NCBI GenBank assembly: GCA_000146465.1 | Contig: CP001949.1 | Strand: one strand, 5' to 3' | DNA: 64,000 bases | In this document: piece by piece, positions 28,601 to 37,264 of the stretch | How the letters are laid out: every line of letters starts with the position of its first letter | Numbering within the stretch: the first letter of the stretch is position 1 | The notes under the pieces: model-generated | The model's input: the letters and a program-made list of their open reading frames with translations, nothing else | The model's database searches: none | Told to the model about the DNA's origin: nothing | Translations under genes and position numbers: made by a program

Positions 28601-29148
28601 ATTCTCTGGAAACATTCAAGAGGATGGAAAAGATGGCCGAGTTTCCATTTAGCAAGCCGTTGAAGTTTAGGAAGGGGCCTGGAATGTCGTTTTCCATGTC
28701 GAGGAGAGAGGACATAGGAAATCACAATAGGAAGGTTTTTGAGGCCATAACGGCGTTGAGAAAAGACCCCAATGCTCTAACGTATGTGAAAAACCCTGAT
28801 TTCTTTGAAGACAGTTCTGAAGAGGAGGAACGCTCTGAAAACAGGTATGTAGTTAGAGAGACCATCAAATGCAAATACTATGACGATGGAAAATACAACT
28901 TCTTTGGAAATCTTGTCCTTCGAGGATTTTCAAGAAGTGGCCTGAATTACATTAATATGAGAGAAGGAGGAAATATTATTTTCAAAGACCTCGAGAAGAG
29001 CCAGATGAAGTTAGCCTATAGTAAAGGAGAAGATTCGATCTACATGCTGATGGAGAAGACCATGATGATTTACAAAATTGTTTGTAGGCATCCTATGATT
29101 GCATCAAGTATATACAAACATCTAATGGGAGATGAGTCTGATAGTTAA
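28516..29148 (+). CDS. hypothetical protein, 3' segment (frame 1) of the same probable gene
   Basis: Same strand, overlaps previous ORF by about 85-100 nt in a different frame; no independent promoter spacing. Confidence 0.35.
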   Translation: MLSRGNIQVPDKVFWSGVPKRRDNDEFMNSLETFKRMEKMAEFPFSKPLKFRKGPGMSFSMSRREDIGNHNRKVFEAITALRKDPNALTYVKNPDFFEDSSEEEERSENRYVVRETIKCKYYDDGKYNFFGNLVLRGFSRSGLNYINMREGGNIIFKDLEKSQMKLAYSKGEDSIYMLMEKTMMIYKIVCRHPMIASSIYKHLMGDESDS

Positions 29149-29213
29149 ACTACTTAAAGATTTAATTTATTAATTTTTCCTAGGACAAATATCTTGATGG
29201 TAATCCCACTCAA

Positions 29214-29678
29214 ATGAAAACGAGATTTGGCTTGAAGCCGTTTATATTTTTATCTGTATTTTCGTCTTCGAATATGATGTTTGCAGCCAAACTGGGATTA
29301 GCAATGCTAGGGATCGTTTATCCATGCATGTATGGACTGATTACCCTAATATGCCTAGTGTTGATACAGAAAAATACAGTCTATAAACTTATCGGTATTG
29401 GATTAATTGTGTTATATTTGAAGATGTTACTTGGTCCTTCCTTTGGACTGGAGGAGTCTTTAAAAGAATGCATTTCCGCTCCTGACAGTAAAGCCAATAG
29501 CCAAGATGTGGATGAATATAGCTCGTCGAGCGAGGATTTTATTGAGGGAGATGGCAAAATAGACAGCCATGGATGTACAAGGGAGAATGAACAAACATCC
29601 CAGACACTTGATTCGTTGTCCAACATCCTGAATAATCATAATGCACGCTGCCGCTTCTGCTCCGGAGTTACTTTCTAA
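29214..29678 (+). CDS. hypothetical small membrane protein
   Basis: Three hydrophobic helices in N-terminal half, acidic Ser-rich C-terminus. Confidence 0.3.
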   Translation: MKTRFGLKPFIFLSVFSSSNMMFAAKLGLAMLGIVYPCMYGLITLICLVLIQKNTVYKLIGIGLIVLYLKMLLGPSFGLEESLKECISAPDSKANSQDVDEYSSSSEDFIEGDGKIDSHGCTRENEQTSQTLDSLSNILNNHNARCRFCSGVTF

Positions 29679-29860
29679 GGTGAGTAAGACAAGGTTTTTG
29701 GAAAACGAATCTAGAATTGATTGACATTTCTGTGCAACAAACCATATTATTTTACTTAGAGGAATAAACTTATTATTTGAGATGTCAAGAGAGGACTACA
29801 TAAAAGGAGAAAAGGGGCTTTAGCTTCGATATAAAACATAGTGGGTTCCACAGAAATCCG

Positions 29861-31291
29861 ATGAAAGACAAGGGTTCTTACAATCAGGGTTTGGAAAGCC
29901 AATCCACAGAGATGCTTCTGTCGATACTGGAACATTATGATACGAACTTTATTGAGGAACGTATTATTGACGAATATGCAGGGATGGACTCCTCTAAGAA
30001 AATGGCCCAGAGTCCCTGGGGTTCGGAGGATCCGGGAAAATGTAATCCTTTCCAAGAGAAGGAGGAGGAATCAGAGTATCTGGAGTCTCAAATGATATGC
30101 AATTTCCTAAATAGTTATGGCATGGATGTGCCGGAAGATTCTTATGGAAGAGAAGAAGGAAAGTCAGTTGCACAGGAATTAGGGAAAGAGAATGAGGGTT
30201 TAGACGGCCCTTCCCAAGGAATACTCCAAGGTTCCACTGTTGATCTCTCAGAACTTCGAAATCTCACAGACCCTATATCACTTGAAAAGGCTTTAGAATT
30301 TGAAAGATTATCTATACACAAGGAGGAGCTGGTAAGAAATGCAGAATCCCAAAAGAAAATTATCGAGGCATTCCGCTCGATTCCAGGATTGGCCATAAAG
30401 GAAAACTTGCTTAACGACATCAAGATAAATAAAGTGTATGTTGAATCTAGAATTCATATAAGGAAGGAGAATGGAAAGGATATTAGAGAAAAAAGAAACA
30501 TAATAAAGGGTGAGAGAGAAAGAGAAGGAGGAAAGGAAACCATAGTATTCAATGACTATGTCTCTTCTGGATGGGAATCAGGAAGCGAATCAAGCTCAGA
30601 TATTGCAGCAAAAGAAAAGGCATTTAAGGTCATAAAGGAGGCTGAGAGAAGAGCAACAGGAAAAGATCTACTGTGCAATGCAGATATGCAGCTGCGTAAG
30701 TTTGTTGTGGACCAGGAAGAGAGGTACCTAAGAATAGAAAAGGTTATGAAACTAAACGACCTTAAGTACAAGAATCTGATGGGGAAAATCTACAAGAAAG
30801 GAAAGAATGGAAAGTACCAATACAATTGGTTCACGTTGAAAAAGAACTTCTTTACATGCTATAACGGAAAAGGGACCAAAACAACATCCGAGGACTTCCC
30901 CTACGAGAAGGAGTGGGATTTCAAGAATCCCGAAGACGAGGATTTTTTCTTTAAGAGAAAGTACACTATAGACCTTCTTAATGCGGGGGTGTATCTTGTA
31001 AAGCACCCTGTTTGCATAGGATGTGTAAAATGGGGATGCGGGACTGATGAAGACCTGATTGATATTTCGGAGGACACAAAGATAATGAGAATTACACCGG
31101 CCAAGAGCCACTTTCTGATTTCCCTTAAGAAGAATCTTGTAAAGACAGAAATCAAGATGACCACTCTTGACTTTGCATTGAAGGCTAATGGAGAGACCTA
31201 CTTCTATAGGATGAAGGACCTAGATGGTTTTCTGGGATGGTTAGTTGCGTTTGCATTCCGGCAAGGTAAGATAAAATGTAATATCGGCTGA
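29861..31291 (+). CDS. hypothetical protein with C-terminal PH-like domain
   Basis: C-terminal YNWFTLKKNFFTCY...W-containing segment resembles a PH domain; N-terminal acidic region. Confidence 0.45.
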   Translation: MKDKGSYNQGLESQSTEMLLSILEHYDTNFIEERIIDEYAGMDSSKKMAQSPWGSEDPGKCNPFQEKEEESEYLESQMICNFLNSYGMDVPEDSYGREEGKSVAQELGKENEGLDGPSQGILQGSTVDLSELRNLTDPISLEKALEFERLSIHKEELVRNAESQKKIIEAFRSIPGLAIKENLLNDIKINKVYVESRIHIRKENGKDIREKRNIIKGEREREGGKETIVFNDYVSSGWESGSESSSDIAAKEKAFKVIKEAERRATGKDLLCNADMQLRKFVVDQEERYLRIEKVMKLNDLKYKNLMGKIYKKGKNGKYQYNWFTLKKNFFTCYNGKGTKTTSEDFPYEKEWDFKNPEDEDFFFKRKYTIDLLNAGVYLVKHPVCIGCVKWGCGTDEDLIDISEDTKIMRITPAKSHFLISLKKNLVKTEIKMTTLDFALKANGETYFYRMKDLDGFLGWLVAFAFRQGKIKCNIG

Positions 31292-31380
31292 AATAATGTT
31301 TGGTGTTGTAGTAATGAAGAACAGAAAGGAGGGTCCTTCCAAATATCTCTTGATGGAAGAATATTAGAAATAAACTTCAA

Positions 31381-32421
31381 GTGATGAAATATTGTAAACA
31401 GCCCATGATAAAAGACTTTGACATGGTTGAGTGCCCGTTCAAGGCCGAGAGGTGCGTACTCCCTCTTGTAAAAACAGAAGCGGGGTATGAGATGAGGATC
31501 TGCGATAGGCCTGATGCCAAGAAGGTGGTTGCAACGAAGGATAAAAGCCCTAAAGGATATTTCCACTTGGAAATATCTGGGGATAAGTGTAATATAATTG
31601 GATACACAGAGAACATATATTCCTTCACAACACCAGCAGACTTCTATCTTCCTGTTCCCAAGCAAACGAAGGAATTTTATTCTGAAATTTACTCAAAAAT
31701 GGTTTATGGGGACATGAGCCAGTGCATGGAGATTGCCGAGATGTTTGATAAGTCATATGGGGACAATGAAATCCCCATGTACCCGGTTCCGATTATATCC
31801 ACAGTTGAAAGCTTTGAAAATTATAATTTCAAGGACTTCAAGGGAGGAAAAGACAAAACCGGAGATACAGTTCATGTGGGATACGAAGACGAAGTTCCTT
31901 TGTGTCCAGCCCCTGGTTTGCTTGAAAGACTGAAGAAACTCCACGGAGTAGATGCGATGAGGTTACAGGAAGATTTATTCAACCGTTTATTTTCCCTGCA
32001 TCCAATTCTAAGGATATCTAACATCATAAAGATGTTCAGGGCAGATGAAAGAGTTGCAGAAATGGGATTCAGCGACTGGAAAATAAAGAAGTTTCTGCCT
32101 CTGCATGCATACTTTATTGATTCGGGACCCTGGAGAGGATGCTGGGCAAAATTCGGCTTCGACCCTAAAGAGGACCAGAGCAACTTTAGATACCAGATAT
32201 ATGACAGCCGGAAATCGGGTAGAACTTTTCAAGTCTTTGAGGCAGAAAATGTTGTTCACGAGGTTGAGAGAAACAAGTCATGGTATCTGGTTGGCAAGCC
32301 GAGCTTCAGAATGGGATTTCACACCAAGGCTCTTTTAAATCTCCTTAGGTTTCGATATGAGTTAGATTTCCATCCTAACGAGGAGGATGAAGACGAACTG
32401 GAGTTCGAGGTATTTGACTGA
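31381..32421 (+). CDS. hypothetical protein (346 aa); weak resemblance to TFIIIC tau95-type subunit not established
   Basis: Clean ORF with acidic C-terminal tail (NEEDEDELEFEVFD); GPWRGCW motif noted but family assignment unverified. Confidence 0.4.
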   Translation: MMKYCKQPMIKDFDMVECPFKAERCVLPLVKTEAGYEMRICDRPDAKKVVATKDKSPKGYFHLEISGDKCNIIGYTENIYSFTTPADFYLPVPKQTKEFYSEIYSKMVYGDMSQCMEIAEMFDKSYGDNEIPMYPVPIISTVESFENYNFKDFKGGKDKTGDTVHVGYEDEVPLCPAPGLLERLKKLHGVDAMRLQEDLFNRLFSLHPILRISNIIKMFRADERVAEMGFSDWKIKKFLPLHAYFIDSGPWRGCWAKFGFDPKEDQSNFRYQIYDSRKSGRTFQVFEAENVVHEVERNKSWYLVGKPSFRMGFHTKALLNLLRFRYELDFHPNEEDEDELEFEVFD

Positions 32422-32478
32422 GATGAAGAAAATAGCTTCCAGCCCTTCCCAACGAACTGGGAAACTAGACAAAAGAGG

Positions 32479-32497
32479 AAAAAATTTATCCCTCAAA
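32479..32497 (+). promoter_or_regulatory. upstream AAAAATTT + CCC motif in front of RPL6 ATG
   Basis: GGAAAAAATTTATCCCTCAAA then ATG-GTAAGT; supports 32498 as the genuine initiation codon. Confidence 0.45.
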
Positions 32498-33039
32498 ATG
32501 GTAAGTGGACCTTGAAGTAATTTCAGTCTATTAAAGAAGTTAGAGTCATACCGGATGAAGCAGGATTGTACATGCCGGACGATATTCCACAATTTGTTGA
32601 GAAGTACAAAGCAAAAACAGCCCGCAAGCCAAGGGCTAGGAGAAGCGACTTGAGCAAGGGAATGGTTGTCGTTGTTCTGGAAGGGGTTTTTGCATCTCGA
32701 AGAGTAGTCTATTTGAAGGCGCTGGAAGACAATCTCGCTCTCTGTGCTGGACCAAAGTCAGTTAGCGGAGTACCATTTTTCAAGATTGACGAGAGATATC
32801 TTCTGGCAACATCGACTATTTTGAGTATTGGTGTGGATGTGAATGTCGACGAAAAGAACATTATCTTATCAGAGAGAGACGTTTATGATGTGCCTATGGA
32901 TGTTGAGATGACAGATGCAGAGAAGAAGATTGATGAAGAGATTGCAAAAGCCGTCAAGGAGATCAAATACATGAGGACCTATCTTTCTGAGCCATTTGAG
33001 ATCGACACTACAAGAAATTTCTACTCCCTGAAGTATTAA
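32498..33039 (+). CDS. RPL6: 60S ribosomal protein L6 (eL6), spliced: exon 1 = ATG only (32498-32500), intron 32501-32526, exon 2 from 32527
   Basis: VVVVLEGVFASRRVVYLKALEDNLALCAGPKSVSGVPFFKIDERYLLATSTILSI matches eL6 (GTVLIILAGRFRGKRVVFLKQL...[29 protein letters not shown]). The ORF-track entry starts at a TTG (32566), not ATG. ATG at 32498 is followed by GTAAGT...TTTCAG and joins in frame to give MSIKEVRVIPDEAGLYMPDD.... AAAAATTT and CCC sit upstream of that ATG. Confidence 0.75.
32501..32526 (+). other. spliceosomal intron (26 nt) immediately after start codon of RPL6
   Basis: GTAAGTGGACCTTGAAGTAATTTCAG: canonical GTAAGT donor, AG acceptor, A-rich putative branch region. Removal restores the frame to the eL6 ORF. 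The position right after ATG is typical of microsporidian ribosomal-protein introns. Confidence 0.6.
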
Positions 33040-33116
33040 AGGCTATCCATTGGTTTTTATTTGTACTTACCATGTTTCTGTGGCCAGATACTTCCAAAAG
33101 AGAACCCCCTTTGTCC

Positions 33117-34055
33117 TTAGGGTCTTTTCATTTCTTTTCTCTCTTTTGTATAGAGTTCATGGGACTCTTCAAGGTTTAGTGGGATATAGGTGTTTTTATA
33201 GCTGGAGATGATGGGGAAGTGCCTGGAATTTGCCACAGACAATCTCTTCCTACTTGTTAGGCAGAGAAACCCCGAAAGAACCTTTAGCTCTTCCTCGTCA
33301 AACAGATTCCCATACTTCTCTCCAATTATAACTTGAGCGTCTTTGGTTTTGGAGTAAATTTCCACATCAAGCAAATCAGACCACTTGTATCTGTCCTGAG
33401 GGGCCCCCAACTCCTCGAATATCAGCTTTATTTGTGACACTTCGTCATTTCCTCTGTATGGCGGTCTCCCAAGTCTCATTTCCAGCATTATACATCCAAC
33501 AGACCATGCATCTATCTTGAAGTTATAGGATGTCTCCCCGAGTAACAACTCCGGTGCTCTGTACCAGAGTGTGCACACTCTGTTTGTCATCATCCCCGAA
33601 ATCTCTCTGGTTAATCCAAAATCTGTAAGCTTTAGCATTCCATGATGGTCTATTAGGATATTGCTAGGCTTTATGTCCCTGTGTACCAATCCTAACTCAT
33701 GCATCGAACTTACAGCCTCTATGAGCTGCGATATGATAGATCTTGTGTGTTCGTTACTGAGCTTGGTCCCCGACGCAAGAAGCCCTGTTAGATCATATGG
33801 CATGTACTCGAGAACAACAAATATAAAGCCTTCCTCGAATACAATTTCGTTGAGCCTTATTATGTGCTTATTAATTACACTCTTGCAGAGCTTTATTTCC
33901 CGTATGGCCGTGAACGGGAAGCCTGTTTCTCTATCTACAGGCATCTTCTTAATTGCAAACACGGTTCCATCGGCTATCCTTCTGGATTTATACACCTGCC
34001 CAAACGCTCCTTCCCCCACTTGCTTAATATTTTCATACTTCTCCATCAGGGTCAA
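33117..34055 (-). CDS. cyclin-dependent kinase, CDK9/Bur1- or Kin28-like transcriptional CDK
   Basis: GEGAFGQVYK, PFTAIREIKL (compare CDK9 PITALREIKIL), HRDIKPSNILID, DFGLTR, WYRAPELLLG. Confidence 0.8.
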   Translation of the reverse strand: MTLMEKYENIKQVGEGAFGQVYKSRRIADGTVFAIKKMPVDRETGFPFTAIREIKLCKSVINKHIIRLNEIVFEEGFIFVVLEYMPYDLTGLLASGTKLSNEHTRSIISQLIEAVSSMHELGLVHRDIKPSNILIDHHGMLKLTDFGLTREISGMMTNRVCTLWYRAPELLLGETSYNFKIDAWSVGCIMLEMRLGRPPYRGNDEVSQIKLIFEELGAPQDRYKWSDLLDVEIYSKTKDAQVIIGEKYGNLFDEEELKVLSGFLCLTSRKRLSVANSRHFPIISSYKNTYIPLNLEESHELYTKERKEMKRP

Positions 34056-34149
34056 TCCGTGAGTATGTCTCTTGTTTGGATTTGGGCCGAAGTCCTTTCG
34101 GGCAAATTCAAAAGTTCGGGAGATAAAAAATCATTTGAGTTTATTGTTA

Positions 34150-34857
34150 TCAATCCCTAGCAGATGATATATTATCTTCGCTTCCTTCGCTATCGACCAA
34201 CTCGGAATCAATGAGATTGGATTTTTTCTTTTCCTTCTTATCTGAAGGCTTCCCCCCTTTCTTTTCTTCAGGATTTCCTCCTTCATCCCCTCCCTTGTTT
34301 CCCTTTCCATCGCCTTTGTCTTGGTCTTTTGGCTTTTCGCTGGCACCAGAATTTTTATCTTTAGAGTCCTTTCCGTCCTTTCCATCCTTTCCCTTTTTGC
34401 CATCATCTTCTTTTGGTTCTTCCATTGAGCTACTATTGTTTCCACTCCAGAGTTTAGAGCGATGAGTAAGAGAAGAAGAGTTTCCATCCTTGCCACCCTT
34501 CCCATCTTTCTTTCCATCCTTGTCACCTTTCTTTCCATCCTTCTCGTCCTTGCCATCTTTCTTTCCATCCTTCTCGTCCTTCTTTCCATTCTTGTCATCT
34601 TTATTTCCATCCTTCTCGTCCTTGCCATCTTTCTTCCCGTCCTTGTCATCACCGTTCCCATCTTTGACATTAGAAGAAGATAGACTTGATTGTCTTAGAC
34701 GGTGTCTTCTCAAATTTGTTAGGTTTGAGCCATGATGCCCAATTCCATGTATCCTTTTAAGGGCCTTTGCCATGAGAAGTCCTGAGACAAGTATTAGCTT
34801 CTTCATGTTTATTTTCCGTTCCTTAGTATTTATATTTGATTCTAAAACATGTTTCAC
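34150..34857 (-). CDS. secreted low-complexity K/D/G tandem-repeat protein
   Basis: Signal peptide MKKLILVSGLLMAKA, then about 15 iterations of KDGKKDE/KDGNKDD-type units encoded by a DNA tandem repeat; ORFs in other frames of the same DNA rejected. Confidence 0.55.
   Translation of the reverse strand: MKHVLESNINTKERKINMKKLILVSGLLMAKALKRIHGIGHHGSNLTNLRRHRLRQSSLSSSNVKDGNGDDKDGKKDGKDEKDGNKDDKNGKKDEKDGKKDGKDEKDGKKGDKDGKKDGKGGKDGNSSSLTHRSKLWSGNNSSSMEEPKEDDGKKGKDGKDGKDSKDKNSGASEKPKDQDKGDGKGNKGGDEGGNPEEKKGGKPSDKKEKKKSNLIDSELVDSEGSEDNISSARD
34483..34668. repeat. imperfect tandem repeat (unit about 15-45 bp, tttccatccttctcgtccttgccatctttc-like) inside gene 34150..34857
   Basis: Visible periodic reiteration of ccatcctt/ctcgtcctt/gccatcttt blocks on the + strand. 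Confidence 0.6.
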
Positions 34858-34995
34858 AACCTCAAAATCCGTTTTTGATCATCTTGTAACCTGTTTTAAG
34901 TGTCTATCTTCTAGAAAGATTTGTTGTAACATTCCCTATTTCTCACTAAGAAGAAATTATCGATCTTAGCAGGCCAAAGAGTGAATCTTTGTATA

Positions 34996-35799
34996 TTAAC
35001 TTTTTATCAACGGCTTGGATATCCCGGTATTTTCGATTATTTCAAGGTACTCGTCATATGTCATTTCTACAGCAAGATGCCCTATTTCCCCTTCTTCCGA
35101 AGTTTTAGAAATGGCATATAGAATCCCATCGTCATATTCCATGGATACAAATCCAGACCTTAGGGAAAGTGACAGATAGAATATGTTCTCAATAGTCTTT
35201 GAGAATGACTCTGGATTAATTACAAGCCTGAAGTATTCTATTCTGTCCCTTTCCGAAACCAATCTCCTGATTTGCATGAGAATCCCTGACTCTTCTGTAG
35301 AATCCTTTTCCCGAGTAATTAGTACTGGAATTTCTGCAGCAGGAAGGTGTTGTCTTGATCTTTGAACCTGGGATCTTTTTCTACTCGGGGCTTCTTCAGA
35401 AAAAACTAGAGAAAAACAATTTAGAAACTTCATTCCTGCATTACATTTCATGGCATATCTGTAGAAGTCGTCGAGAAGGCTCTTTCTAAACAACTCGACA
35501 AATGTACTCGATGTAATGTCCTCCAAATCGATGTCTTTTTCCATCCTCGTCCATGCCAGCTTTGTCCACAGAGCATTCATCTTTGCATCGAGCTTAAGCT
35601 CAGAAGATGTTTTGATCTTCCTAAACAGCATGTTGGATGTGTTTATTAACTCCTCCAATCTAGACTTGTCCTCGAGAAGGTCTTCTCTCTGAAGTCTTAT
35701 TTTCTGGAGAAGATCCAAATAATCGTTTCGCACTCCACCTTCGTCTGGAGAAAGCTCACCACCGTTCATAGCCCTAGGATGTTTTTCCGGTAATTTCAT
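34996..35799 (-). CDS. possible Nse4/EID3-family kleisin (SMC5/6 complex)
   Basis: C-terminal SFSKTIENIFYLSLSLRSGFVSMEYDDG resembles the Nse4_C signature (sF.qTVENlFylSFLvkdG); otherwise divergent. Its ATG shares one nucleotide with the stop of the upstream gene (TAATG). Confidence 0.4.
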   Translation of the reverse strand: MKLPEKHPRAMNGGELSPDEGGVRNDYLDLLQKIRLQREDLLEDKSRLEELINTSNMLFRKIKTSSELKLDAKMNALWTKLAWTRMEKDIDLEDITSSTFVELFRKSLLDDFYRYAMKCNAGMKFLNCFSLVFSEEAPSRKRSQVQRSRQHLPAAEIPVLITREKDSTEESGILMQIRRLVSERDRIEYFRLVINPESFSKTIENIFYLSLSLRSGFVSMEYDDGILYAISKTSEEGEIGHLAVEMTYDEYLEIIENTGISKPLIKS

Positions 35800-36410
35800 T
35801 AAAGACCATCGGGCAAGACTGTATAATTTATACTTTCAAAAGGACTTGAAAAGTCATTAACATTCTTAAATCTATTGTCTTTTCTACCTCCATATCTTCT
35901 TACCACTATTCCCGTAGAGTTCTGAAGAAACACTCCTGTAAGTGTGTAGGCCTCAAGCTCAACATTCCTGCATCCATTCATTCTTATCTGATGTGCACTG
36001 CAAGACACTTTACAATCCTTAACATTGTTAAGAACTACCGACTTTTCACAGCAAAAGTGCTCAAACACCGCGTTGGTGCAGTCTTCAATGACAACCTCCA
36101 CACAGTCTTCAATGGTTACAAGTTCGTCTCTGGAACCTTTGATATATCTCTTGTCTTTGATACCATCTACCTTGTTTTCTCGCCTTTCAAATGAAGTTAA
36201 GCTCCTGAACGGAATGGTACCAATTTCCGCTCGATTGTGATCATTATAAATCTTCTTTAACCTTGCCACCTTCTCCAACAAGACTCTCCTGCCATATAGA
36301 GATGGTTCAATACGAATCCCATCTTCCATTTCCAAAATAATCTTTCGAGCTCCTTCAAAGTCCCCTTCTTTGATCTTTTTAACAGCATCCTCCTCCATCA
36401 GGGCGAACAA
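35799..36410 (-). CDS. tubulin-folding cofactor C (TBCC/C-CAP domain) like protein
   Basis: Periodic DC/NC beta-helix pattern EDCVEVVIEDCTNAVFEHFCCEKSVVLNNVKDCKVSCSAHQIRMNGCRNVEL, typical of the TBCC/RP2 C-CAP domain. Confidence 0.45.
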   Translation of the reverse strand: MFALMEEDAVKKIKEGDFEGARKIILEMEDGIRIEPSLYGRRVLLEKVARLKKIYNDHNRAEIGTIPFRSLTSFERRENKVDGIKDKRYIKGSRDELVTIEDCVEVVIEDCTNAVFEHFCCEKSVVLNNVKDCKVSCSAHQIRMNGCRNVELEAYTLTGVFLQNSTGIVVRRYGGRKDNRFKNVNDFSSPFESINYTVLPDGL

Positions 36411-36463
36411 TTACTGCTCAATATACTCCACGGCTTAACACAGTAAGAAGGTTTAATTCCTAT

Positions 36464-37207
36464 CTAAATATCTTTTTCTACCAGACTTGTCTTCAAAATC
36501 CTCATGTAAAACACAATCCCTTCTCTTCCTATCTCCTCCGGATGAGGAGTAACCTCATATTTATCTATGGAAATTCTCTTCTTAAACATAGGACAGTCAA
36601 GTATTATGCTTTCGTATTCTCCTCCTTCTCCACAGAAGTTCACTTCCAGACCCTGGACCGCCTCCAGACGGTCATAAATTTCATCAAGTCCCATGTTTAT
36701 ACATTCTCTTCCTAAGAGAGACGATGCAACCTTCACTATTCTTCCCTCCATCCCATTAGATATCATCTCCCCAAGTAGCTTCTTCTGATCCATTTCCCAG
36801 AGAGGAGACAGACACCTAAGAGACAACCTTTTACACACATCCTCAACTCTGTTCTTTTGGTATTTGGACAAAATAGCCCCAGAAGATACGCCTTCGAAGT
36901 ATATCTTTTCTTTTGCCGAGGCAATGGCTTCATAAAGATCTTCAACTTCATCACCTTCTTCCTTTTTATATTGAAGATTCTGATTTATACTCTTGCATTT
37001 CGTCTCGTAAATAAAAATAGGAATCCCGAGACATTCTCCAAGCAGATCGGCCACCTCGGATCCAACAGTTTGGTACATAAAAGAATCTTGATATCCATCT
37101 CCGCATCTCATGTGAAGCAGGCCTACAACCTGATGCCCTTCGCGCTGAAGAACATGCATAGCATATAGACTGTCCTTCCCCCCACTGGCCAGTGCAAGGT
37201 ATTTCAT
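36464..37207 (-). CDS. DPH6: diphthine-ammonia ligase (diphthamide synthetase)
   Basis: MKYLALASGGKDS...YQTVG...EGDEVEDLYE...GAILS.YQ..RVE.VC.RL.L..L..LW...Q..LL.EMI...CGEGGEYE..LDCP.FKK collinear with DPH6/ATPBD4. Start at Met17 of the track ORF. Confidence 0.8.
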   Translation of the reverse strand: MKYLALASGGKDSLYAMHVLQREGHQVVGLLHMRCGDGYQDSFMYQTVGSEVADLLGECLGIPIFIYETKCKSINQNLQYKKEEGDEVEDLYEAIASAKEKIYFEGVSSGAILSKYQKNRVEDVCKRLSLRCLSPLWEMDQKKLLGEMISNGMEGRIVKVASSLLGRECINMGLDEIYDRLEAVQGLEVNFCGEGGEYESIILDCPMFKKRISIDKYEVTPHPEEIGREGIVFYMRILKTSLVEKDI

Positions 37208-37264
37208 CTTTCGAGGATTAAAAATTTCCCAAGTAAAGAGAAGCAATTCAAGCACAATTACTCT

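Noticed and set aside
34131-34735. Alternative-frame ORFs across the K/D/G tandem repeat (34131..34670 minus, 34211..34465 +, 34462..34683 +, 34490..34735 +)
   Set aside because: All are re-readings of the same tandem repeat in other frames or on the other strand (MERKMARTRRMERK..., SFFPSFSS...). Only the minus-strand frame has a signal peptide and a defined start and stop flanked by unique sequence.
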